DNA from: Folioceros fuciformis
Lineage: Eukaryota
DNA: 20,000 nt
NCBI GenBank assembly: GCA_049999805.1
Contig: JBNGIO010005971.1
Coordinates: 47,004-67,003, forward strand
Reading direction: 5' to 3'
The notes under the pieces were generated by a model. That model was given only the letters and a program-made list of their open reading frames with translations, was not told the DNA's origin and made no database searches. Shown here piece by piece: positions 1-9,193 of the stretch. The stretch's first letter is position 1; the number at the start of each line of letters is the position of its first letter. The position numbers and the translations under genes were made by a program.

Positions 1-740
1 CCGCCTTTTGAACAAGGGATTTCCAGATCCAGGTCTGGATAGGCAAATATCCTTCCGTTCAAGGCTGCAAACTTTTACTGTACCTCTCGGTCGTCCCTTA
101 CCAAGGGGGGCGGAACCCCTAACCTGGGTTGGATTGTTCTGCGCGTTTCCTGTACCTCCTGGTCGTCCCTTGCCAAGGGGCGCGGAACTCCTANNNNNNN
201 NNNTTCCTGTACCTCCTGGTCGTCCCTTGCCAAGGGGCGCGGAACTCCTACACTTGTTTGTTCTGCGCTGGAGACACTTTGCAATAATAAACTAAACTTA
301 TGCGCCATTTGGGTCATCGTCCATGCTACAGAGTTTCATGATTTTAAGTATGGATGTCTACCACTCCCCCTCAAGTTCACTAGAGCTGGACTTGGCTCTT
401 GTTTTTTTTGACCTCTACCAAGCGTTCTAACTTTGGTCTTGGGTTTGTCTGAGGTTGGTGACAACAATGTCCCTCTTTATTGGTGGTGATGGTGACTAAT
501 AGACAATTCTCATAACATATAATCCCTTACTTCTCCCATTTATTATATGGAAGGTCATGTAGATATTTCATTTCCACCCTCAAGCTTGTCCAGTCATCCA
601 TGTTCCATACTTGTTGTTGTATGTGCTACTCCTTGAGCCATGATTTAGCTTCCATTCTTACAACAACTTCTTGGTATTTGTTGGCAAGTTAAGCATCCAC
701 ACCCCTTTAGCCAACTTTCAATCCATAATCTTAAGCTGTA
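1..740 (-). mobile_element. Possible degenerate LTR-retroelement remnant: gag-like relic, polypurine tract and start of a 3' LTR running off the window
   Basis: The minus strand reads TTGAGGGGGAG|TG at 374-362, a typical PPT/LTR junction. Minus strand ~670-560 translates to a weakly gag-like VVRMEAKSWLKE*...WNMDDWTSLRVEM. No second LTR is visible. Confidence 0.3.
78..250. repeat. Tandem repeat, at least 3 copies of a ~44-bp core (ctgtacctcctggtcgtcccttgccaaggggcgcggaactccta), period ~72 bp
   Basis: Copies at 78-122, 150-193 and 207-250. A 10-N gap at 194-203 sits inside the array, so copy number is uncertain. Confidence 0.85.
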
Positions 741-856
741 CTCCCCAATTGACACTCAAAGTTAAGCAAGAGAGATAGAGGAGAAGTTAAGACTTAGAAA
801 ACACTCAAATGTACGAGGGGTATGGCCTTAGACTCATATTGGGTCGTAATAAAGCT

Positions 857-1010
857 TTTTAGTGGGATGAAGCTAATGGTCTGATGCAAGTACCCAAGAA
901 GTGGAAGAGCATAAGATCAACTTGATGCCTAGATTTTAGTGGGATGAAGCTAATGGTATGATGCAAGTACCCAAGAAGTGGAAGAGCATAAGATCAACTT
1001 GATGCCTAGA
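857..1010. repeat. Direct tandem duplication, 2 x 77 bp
   Basis: ttttagtgggatgaagctaatggt(c/a)tgatgcaagtacccaagaagtggaagagcataagatcaacttgatgcctaga at 857-933 and 934-1010, with one mismatch. Confidence 0.95.
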
Positions 1011-1093
1011 TTGATTCCATGTGAGTATGCTGATACAAACTGAATCCCAAGCATTTGGCAAAAGCTCTACATCATATATCCACTGATAAATAG

Positions 1094-2079
1094 TCCATAA
1101 GTATTCTTCCCTGCAAGACGACATACTTTCATTGCTCTCTAGACTCATGGGGTTATGGGCGAGGACTTTTCAAGGTTTGTCAAAGAGTGCACCAGGATTT
1201 ATCACAGCCATAAGAATGAAATGGTGTCCTTCTTCTTTCCTATCACAACCATAGGAATGAAATGGTGATCTCCTTTCTTTCGACAATGTGCTTAGGACAA
1301 TTGCTTTGCAAAGAGCATTGGCCAATGCAGTTTTTAGAATAATGATAATCTTATCATAGTTATAAGAATGAAATGGTGTTCTCCTTCTTTCCTATGTGGT
1401 GGTCTTCTTTCGACACTGTGTATCCATTAATTTGCAAAGAGCGTATCCATTACTTTGCAAAGAGCGTATCCATTGCTTTGCAAAGAGCATTGGCCAATGC
1501 AGTTTTCAGAACAGCGACAAGCTTATCATAGCCATAAGAATGAAATGGTGTTCTCCTTCTTTCCTATCACAGCCATAGGAATGAAATGGTGTTCTCCTTC
1601 TTTCTTTGGACAACATGTATTCATTGCTTTGCAATGAGAATAGCGACAAGCTTATCATAGCCATAAGAATGAAATGGTGTTCACCTTCTTTCCTATCACA
1701 GCCATTTGAATGAAATGGTGTTCTCCTTCTNNNNNNNNNNTCTTTCCTATCACAGCCATTTGAATGAAATGGTGTTCTCCTTCTTTCTTTCGACAACGTG
1801 TATCCATTGCTTTGCAAACAACCTATCCATTTGCTTTACCCAGAGCATTGGAAAATGTAGTTTTTAGAATAACAACAAGCTTAAGTCAAGTAACTTCTTT
1901 TGGCATCGGTGGTAAGTAGGCCTTTTGTATCATGCCATTTGGGGAGCTGTAGGTAGTTTGAGAATGATATTCCAAGGGGCTAGTATTGACTGTTTTTGAC
2001 CTTTGGTCGGTCATCTTGGGATTGTTCCTCCATTGGAATCTTTGGAGTAGATGGACTTTCCATCTCTTTTTTAATCATA
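1094..2079 (+). mobile_element. 5'-truncated, degenerate 3' fragment of the CRE-like non-LTR retrotransposon family also present at 14227-17037
   Basis: Colinear by eye with the reverse complement of 14757-14327. Shared blocks include tccataagtattct..tgcaagacg, cttttcaaggttt.tcaa.gagtgcacca, gtgtatccattgctttgcaa, cattggccaatgca, ggcatcggtggta and tctttggagtagatg.gactttccatctctttt.aatcata. Confidence 0.9.
1199..1850 (+). repeat. Higher-order minisatellite: at least 8 copies of a 41-bp unit (tatcacagccataggaatgaaatggtgttctccttctttcc) with repeated linkers
   Basis: The core gaatgaaatggtg starts at 1214, 1255, 1366, 1538, 1579, 1667, 1708 and 1762. Linkers contain repeated attgctttgcaaagagcattggccaatgcagtttt. 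A nested 21-bp triplication lies at ~1420-1490, and there is an N gap at 1731-1740. Confidence 0.92.
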
Positions 2080-2167
2080 AACAAATATTTGAATTTCTAA
2101 TAAATAGTGAATGTGTGATATCCATCATGGTTGTCTCTATGAATCAACCTATAATAGGCCAAGATTC

Positions 2168-2273
2168 AATTTAAACCCTTGATCTCGGTTGAACAAATGC
2201 ATTGAACATGAATTGGAGAAAGAGCAATTCATGCTCAATGCATGGGGTTCAAGCTACATCAAGGGTTTAAATT
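2168..2273. other. 106-nt imperfect inverted repeat (foldback hairpin); pre-miRNA-like or MITE remnant
   Basis: 2168-2183 pairs perfectly with 2258-2273, and 2189-2194 with 2247-2252. 2197-2215 pairs with 2225-2243 (18/19). The loop is 9 nt (gagaaagag). Confidence 0.85.
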
Positions 2274-2522
2274 CATGCTTCAATTGGCAGCGCAAGTACC
2301 CACAAGTACATGCGTGGGGTGGGGCGAAAGGAATAAAAAAAGGGCAAAGCGCAAAGGGGGTGAAGGCATGGGTAAGGAAGGAATGCCGATACGGTGTGAT
2401 GGGGACACTTTAGATGAGTGGCTTGGCTGACCTATCGATAATAAGGGAAATCATGCACGTTGGCCTGGCGCTGATGGGGCCGCACTCGCCGGCCGGCGCC
2501 CGGGCCTGCCAGCGTAAGTAGC

Positions 2523-2622
2523 NNNNNNNNNNNNNNNNNNNNNNNNNNNNNNNNNNNNNNNNNNNNNNNNNNNNNNNNNNNNNNNNNNNNNNNNNNNNNN
2601 NNNNNNNNNNNNNNNNNNNNNN
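2523..2622. other. Assembly gap (100 N, probably of unknown true size); 10-N gaps also at 194-203 and 1731-1740
   Basis: Runs of N in the sequence. Confidence 0.99.
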
Positions 2623-2895
2623 TTGGTGTCACCAGTCTAGCATAGTGCAGTGCTGAGGGAAAGGGAAGTCGCGTCTCAAAAAAGAGGCGAGTTCTTGCAA
2701 GCAAGCCAACAAGCAAGCCCGAGGCCCCCGAGACGAGACGTCTCCTCTTCTTATACTTGCGATTCTCTTCGTGTCCAGAGCGACACGAGAAGCAAGCCAA
2801 GCGAGGCCGAGCGCGCGCGAGAGGAGACGTCTCATTGCTCTCTCCTTTCGTGCGCTGCTCTCTTCGTCGTTGCGGAGCAAAGCCAGGCAGCCAGC

Positions 2896-5800
2896 ATGAG
2901 CAGCATAGGCTCCGGCGCTGCTCTCCCCGGCGCTGCCGCCTCGGGACCAAACAAGCGGCAGGCACCTGTGGCACAGAAGAGGCAGCCCGGGCTTGGGTCG
3001 GGTCCTGGCCCGGGCGCAGCAGTCGGCCGCAAGCTGCCCTTGCCGGATAACAACGGGATCCCACCTCCCCGCAAGCCCAGCAGCATCAGCGGCCGCAACT
3101 CGTACGCCTCCTTCCTCTGCCTTTCTTGCTGCTGCTCTTGCTGTTGCCAAGATCTTGAGGGTAGCTTTCCGTTTTGCTCCAATTGGCCCGCCTGACGAGC
3201 CTTATGAGATCCGTAGCAGATCACTGCATTCTTTGCCTTAGAGCACTGATCTCGCCCGTCCTTTCTCCGCACTACCGAAATTGATTGGCGTTCATGCAAT
3301 CATGGAGTCCTGGAACCTTTGCATACCAAAGAATCGTGCTGCTAATCGGTCACTTGCTGCATCAATTGTGTTAATTAGCGTAGGACCAGGCCGACTGGTC
3401 CTGGACCTCTTCATTGTAACATCCGGCGCCGTCCGGATGCGGGAATTCCAGCTGATTGCAGGAGTTGCTTGTGAGCTTGATCAGGTCATCTGGAGAGCGG
3501 ACTGTGAAACGGCTCAGACTGTCCAAGGCGCTCACCATTCCAGATGGCACTACTGTCGCGGATGCCTGTCGGAGGATGGCGACCCGGAGGGTGGACGCTG
3601 CTCTGCTCACCGACTCCAGTGCTCTCCTGTGTGGAATCATCACCGATAAGGCAAGTCCCTCTCGCTCTCTCCCTCTCCCTCTCTCGTCGAAAACCGTAGC
3701 TTCTCTACCCCGAATTTGCTCATGGCCTCCTCTTCACCGTCTTCAGGATGTGGCAACCCGAGTTATAGCGGAAGGTCTCAAACCGGAGGACACCCCTGTG
3801 TCCAAGGTCATGACGAGGCATCCTATTTTTGTCATGGGTGACACCCTGGCTGTGGAGGCTTTGCAAAAGATGGTTCAAGGTACGAGTGTGAGTGTGTTCC
3901 CTCACCCACCTTACCTTCTTCTCGTTCCTGCTTCCCGAAACATGTCGTGGTTTTCCTCCATCTCGTTCAGCTCAATCTGCCGTCTCTCTCTGGCAGGCAA
4001 GTTCAGGCACCTTCCAGTGGTGGAAAATGGAGAAGTTGTTGCTCTCCTGGATATTACTAAGTGCCTGTACGACGCTATTGCCCGAATGGAGAGAGCCGCT
4101 GAAAAAGGAAATGCAATTGCTGCAGCGGTCGAGGGTGTGGAACGCCAATGGGGAAACACTCTGGCTGGTTAGCTCACCTCATATACTTGCCTTCTTCCCG
4201 CCATGAGATCCTTCACAGGCCAAACTTGACGCTCTCTCTTCCTCGCTACCCTCCCCGACCCCCCCCCGCCATGCAGCACCCTCAAGCTTCATTGAGACAT
4301 TACGGGAGCGAATGTTTCGGCCTACATTAGGCTCTCTGGTCAATGACACTGTTAAGTGAGTGTCAACTTTGTTCTTCGGGCTCATTCTGTTTGTTTTCAG
4401 GTCACATCTATTTTCTTATACTGCTTTCGACGGTTGACTTGTGTTTGTAGAGTAGCCACAGTATCACCATCTGATACGGTGTACACAGCAACTAGGAAGA
4501 TGCGGGAGCTTCGGGTTAACTCTGTCATCATCACCACAGGGAACAAGCCTCAAGGCATTCTCACGTCTGTATTCCATTTCCACCTGGTCCAATCTGTGCT
4601 TGATGGTCCGTGAGCCTTGGTTTGCATGACCTGGTGGCTATTTGAATTTGCTATCCCAGATAGTGTCTAGGGCTAATTGCTTGTTTGTGCTGTACTTCAG
4701 GTCCAAGGATGTTTTGATGAGAGTTGTTGCTTCGGGTCATCCTCCTGACACTACAACAGTAGATAAGGTAACTCTTGCCATGTACCATCGGATAGCGCTG
4801 TATGTAGTGTATGGAAGCTGTCTGACGAAGTTGCCCTCCGTCAGTTGCCCCGTTTTATGAGGAGTGCAACCCTTGACCCTCTGTCGTGTTTGAGTCTTGA
4901 GTTTTGAGGGTTACCCATAACTGGAGTGCTCTCATGATCCTTGTAGCTTTAAGTGCAGTTATTGAGTGGAATCCTTGGCTGTTTGACAGGTCATGACACC
5001 AAATCCTGAATGCGCTACTTTGGATACTACGATAGTGGATGCCCTGCACACCATGCATGATGGGAAATTTCTTCATCTGCCCGTTTTGAATCGAGGTATC
5101 CCGACCAGCTTGTCAATGAGCTGATGATCATCGACACCAGCTTGGAAGTAGCACCTGATTCGTGTTGGTTTGTACTATGGCAGATGGCCATGTGGTTGCA
5201 TGCATGGATGTACTTCAGCTAACTCACGGAGCTGTTGCTACTGTAAGTGAGGTTTGGTCGTGGTTAGTTATTTCGCTACCATTAGACGAGAAGCTTGTTG
5301 AGGGAAATTCCTGTTCTTATGACCAAATGATCTGGCTCGGCTTTAGGTCGGAAGCGGTGGTGGCTCCGGTGGTGTGCCAGGTTCTACTGGCAGCGACATG
5401 GCAAGCACTATGCTACAGAAGTTCTGGGACTCGGCGCTTGCCCTTGAGCCACCAGAAGATGATGATGACTCCCGCAGGTGAGCCTTCCCTTGTTATTCAG
5501 TGGACGGGTTCAACAGACGTCGGCTCTGTTCCATGTGTGTCACAGTCTTCGTTAACTTTTTGTAACTCTTTGTTGCTTTTGTTCCACAGTGATATCTCGA
5601 ATAGGCTTGCATCAGAAGCTGCATATGGATCTGAAGCGGGAAGGATGGGTAATGCTTTGCTGGGTCCAGGGTTCTATTTTGACTTCAAGCTGGAAGATGG
5701 AAAAGGACGGGTGCATAGGTTCCCCTGTGGTACGAGACCTCGATAGTTTGCTTCACTACCAACTGTTTGTTTTTGTCCACCGAAGTCTCACCAAAGCTTT

Positions 5801-6431
5801 GAATGCCGCACAGGAACTGAGAGCCTCACAGAGCTTGTTTCAGCTGTTGTGCAACGTGTGGGCGATGATGTGAACTTGTCCCGTTTGCCAAATTTGATGG
5901 TATGACTCAAGTACCCTTTTCTTGGGGATGTACTCAACATTCACTCTTCCCTTGCTGTAAATTGTGACGCCTCTGTTATGGTGCAGTACGAAGATGAGGA
6001 TGGGGACAAGGTTCTCCTTACTAATGACAGCGACCTCGTATCTGCCATCACCCATGCCCGTGCCACTGATCGGAGGGTATGTAGTGTTCGACATGAATAG
6101 CCTGTCGAGTCCGATGTGACGTGACCCAGTTCGGCCTCTGAGGAGATGAGAGTTCGATGTGTGTGCATGCATGCAGGTGCTGAAGTTGAAGTTGGACTAC
6201 GCGGAGCAGAATAGCAGCAACGGCCATGGTCATAATGCCAGCGGCGGTGTGAAGGGTGAGGTGGGGAGGGGCCCAAACAGCACCCACGAGGCTGCTCGAA
6301 AAGAGATTTGGAGCTCAACGCACACGGCCGTGGTGGCAGGAGCAGCCATGGTCGTGGGCGTCAGCTTGCTCTTCTATCTCAGAAGGTCCGGTTCCGATGG
6401 CACTCCCCCAAAGATTCGGTGGAATCAGTAA
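2896..6431 (+). CDS. CBS domain-containing protein, CBSCBSPB type (4 CBS + PB1 + C-terminal TM), 14 exons, ~600 aa
   Basis: Exons 2896-3101, 3485-3650, 3747-3879, 3997-4167, 4277-4355, 4451-4564, 4701-4767, 4990-5095, 5184-5242, 5347-5477, 5590-5729, 5814-5899, 5987-6076 and 6177-6431 join in frame (1803 nt). Motifs: GERTVKRLRLSKALT, GIITDKDVATRV, GKFRHLPVVENGEV, GILTSKDVLMRVV, GKFLHLPV, PB1 FKLEDGKGRVHRF...YEDEDGDKV, and TM AVVAGAAMVVGVSLLFYL. Confidence 0.95.
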
Positions 6432-6884
6432 CGAATATACTGAATTCTCACGCTGAAACTTTGGAACCATCATCCTTCCAGCAAGAACGAGATGTCATGT
6501 TGTGTTTGCGACTATTTTGGGCATGTATCACTATCGCGAGGATGGGAAGCGTGTTGTTATTTTCTAACTAAGTTTCCTCCGTAGATAGTTGATGAAATCA
6601 AACGTGATCCTTGCAGGTCCTAAAGTGGCTTGCATACATTTCGCCGTCCGTCGCGTCGCGGGAGACGTCTTGCTGTAGCTGTCATTCATGAACCAAGATC
6701 TGAAACTGTTTTTTTTGGTGAAGAAGAGAAGACTTTTTTATGTCGACGAATTACGAATTACTGGATTGGAACTGAATTAAGTTGGAACTACATTAAAAGG
6801 TGGAATAAATTAATACAAAATAAATATGCAAAATTATCTTTATGTTTTTATCATATATCTTAAACTTCGAACGCTTGCCGTCAG

Positions 6885-6957
6885 GGGGATGTAGCTCAGA
6901 TGGTAGAGCGCTCGCTTAGCATGCGAGAGGTACGGGGATCGATACCCCGCATTTCCA
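6885..6957 (+). tRNA. tRNA-Ala (anticodon AGC/IGC), nuclear plant type
   Basis: 73-nt cloverleaf GGGGATGTAGCTCAGATGGTAGAGCGCTCGCTTAGCATGCGAGAGGTACGGGGATCGATACCCCGCATTTCCA with the G3:U70 alanine identity pair. The upstream flank is AT-rich. Confidence 0.96.
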
Positions 6958-7100
6958 TTCGTTGTGCAGTCCATAACTTTTCTTCCGGTCGACATGATCT
7001 CGGGTTTGTCTGAGATGCGGCGGTGCCTGAAGGATGGCAACCGGGACTTCCCTCTCACCTCAGCTCTGGGACTAAACGCCTGTCAAACAACCGGGCGACC

Positions 7101-8184
7101 ATGTGCAGCAGCGTGATCAGCTCAGCACTCCCACTTCCCAAAAAATTTGGGGCTGGGGACGCATTTCCCTTGGATGGGCCTCGCCAGGAGCAGTTGTGGG
7201 AACGATTTTTTGATGGACCCTACCGTGTGGTTGGATAACACACGAGGTAAGACAAGGTCTAGTTCGCCTGACTTCCGGCATAGGGGGTCCGACGAGGTCC
7301 TGTGGGTGAAGAGCAGGCTCAAGCTAGCCAGGGTTGATTAGCAGCTGGTTGCTTTGGATTTGCAGATGGGTCATGGTGCCTCTCCTCACAAGTGGAACTC
7401 TCGGCACAAGCCTGAAGCTGGCAGGGGTGCAGGATCGGGAATGGGCGTCGTAACGGCTCGAACTGTGAGCATGCTATGCGCGCAGGGGAAGCTTTCTGAA
7501 GCCGTTGGAGCCCTGGAATGTCTGGCACAGACAAGACTCTGTTATTTCTCAATCTCTGTTTGACACTGCGATAAAGCTGTGTGCTAGCTATCAAGGCGAA
7601 CAAGGATTTGGTTGTGGGGCGACGAGTTGGTGATCTCGCTGTCTAGCAAACTTATGTACGAGTCGGATGCCTACTTGGGGAAACCATTTCTTACGCATGT
7701 ATGCACAGGCTGGAGGAGGCCGTTGATGTGTTTAGCAGGGTGGACAAACTACATGTCTTCATGACGTCTTCCATAATCTCCGCCCGTGCCAGCATCAGAG
7801 ACCGCAAGCTTGTGCATTTGCTGCTGACTTGGAATCTGGCACAAAGCTTCACTCTGATGTCTTGCACAGTGAGTGGCATTCCTACTAACATGTTTGTGTT
7901 GGCAACTGCCTCGTAGACATGTATGCAAAATGTGGTGGATGGGAAGGTGCACGCCTGCTTTTTGACAGAATGGCCACAGAGGATGTAGCGACGTGGAATG
8001 CTCATGCCCTGATAGCTGGGTATGCCAGCCAAGGGCTGGCACACGAGGCACTTTGTTTTGTACGGACAGATGGAGCAGGAAGGAGTGCTTTTGGGTGACT
8101 GTGTTACGTTTGCTTGCCTTCTCACGACGTTGGCCACAAAGAATGTGGAGACATTGGACTGCGCTGATTGCTGGGTACCAGTGA
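7101..8184 (+). pseudogene. Pentatricopeptide repeat (PLS-type) pseudogene
   Basis: Frameshifted fragments: VSMLCAQGKLSEAVGALE; YESDAYLG.NHFLRMY; RLEEAVDVFSRV; GNCLVDMYAKCGGWEGARLLFDRMATEDVATWNA; LIAGYASQGLAHEAL; LYGQMEQEGV..DCVTFACLL; WTALIAGY. There are several frame changes, and no E/DYW tail is seen. Confidence 0.85.
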
Positions 8185-8668
8185 AAGTCAGAAGCACCCA
8201 GTGTCCTTAAAGATTCTTTGAATTTGCAATGTCATGCAGTAGTAGACGCCAAGCATGAAAGAAGGGCCATGGTTGTTCCTTCTTCCTCAAGAACTTATTG
8301 AACGGACCCCAACCCAAAATGTTTGTTTCTTTTCTTGCTCCAAACTGGAGCGGCTAACTAGGTGGGTACCTTATGCACCTACAACCCGTGATCTAGAATT
8401 TGACCTACGACCTCCAATTGTAGGTAGGTAGATCTAAAAAGCTGTAGCCTTGGACAAGCGAACACTAACAAGAAAGTCAAAGATGGAGAAGAAGATGAAG
8501 AAGACAAGAGAGAAGAAAAGGATATTAATAATAAACAACGGAAATGATGAACCGGAAGACAACGGAAGTGAACACGGTACTTCAAAAGAAAAGGAAAAAT
8601 CTCCATTCGTTGGAAGCGAACAGTTGGAAAAGAAAGAGATAAAATAAGACATTTGTATTGGATTATCA

Positions 8669-8751
8669 TCCGACTTGCCGGATTCGAACCAGCGACCTAA
8701 GGATATCTGTTGCTCTACAGTCCTCCGCTCTACCAACTGAGCTAAAGTCGG
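8669..8751 (-). tRNA. tRNA-Tyr (anticodon GTA) with a 10-nt intron (8714-8705)
   Basis: Minus strand CCGACTTTAGCTCAGTTGGTAGAGCGGAGGACTGTAG[AGCAACAGAT]ATCCTTAGGTCGCTGGTTCGAATCCGGCAAGTCGGA. The acceptor stem is fully paired and the intron is at the canonical 37/38 position. A TATA-like tract lies upstream and T-runs downstream. Confidence 0.97.
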
Positions 8752-9193
8752 TCGATGCTCCATGAGTAAAATGTATAATATATAACTGTATAAATAGCAC
8801 GCAGCGTTTTTAGTAACTAAACTACGGCAGTGGCTGCCCGTTCCCTCATGCCTACGATTTGTTCTGGTGCTCGTTTTGAGTTAGCTACAGGACTGTGTCA
8901 GCTTGTTATGCCAAGCAGCAGATGTCGCCGGTGGAATCCGGAAGCTGGCGACAGGCGTGAGATCGTGTTTCGGCTACACTTGGGGCTGGAGCGTTCGGAG
9001 TGTGGGATGCCAGCCCTTGCAACAGAACCGACAGTTCCTCTTCCTCTTCCCAACTAGGGAGCGGAACATCTGGTGCACATTTGGAATTACAGACGTGGCA
9101 CACAAAGGAGGGGCCTAGTTTGACTGTGGTGTCTGGAAAAGGCTTGTCTCAAAAACGGTAAAGCACCGTCGCGATCGCAACACTTTGGTGCTC

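Noticed and set aside
1199..1850. CRISPR-like array of regularly recurring repeats
   Set aside because: The intervening sequences are themselves repeated rather than unique spacers. The unit derives from the retrotransposon 3' end, there are no cas genes, and the context is eukaryotic.
2432..3299. Several long overlapping ORFs on both strands
   Set aside because: These are shadows of GC-rich exon 1 and the 5' region of the CBS gene. One crosses the N gap, and none has a recognisable domain.
8360..8450. Possible degenerate tRNA/SINE head on the minus strand (ggaggtcgtaggtcaaattc, B-box-like) with an acctac/gtaggt stem
   Set aside because: No cloverleaf, A-box, TSD or second copy can be supported.
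8434..8763. ORFs overlapping tRNA-Tyr and the purine-rich tract (109 aa -, 96 aa -, 65 aa +)
   Set aside because: Low-complexity translations across a tRNA gene and its T-rich terminator flank.
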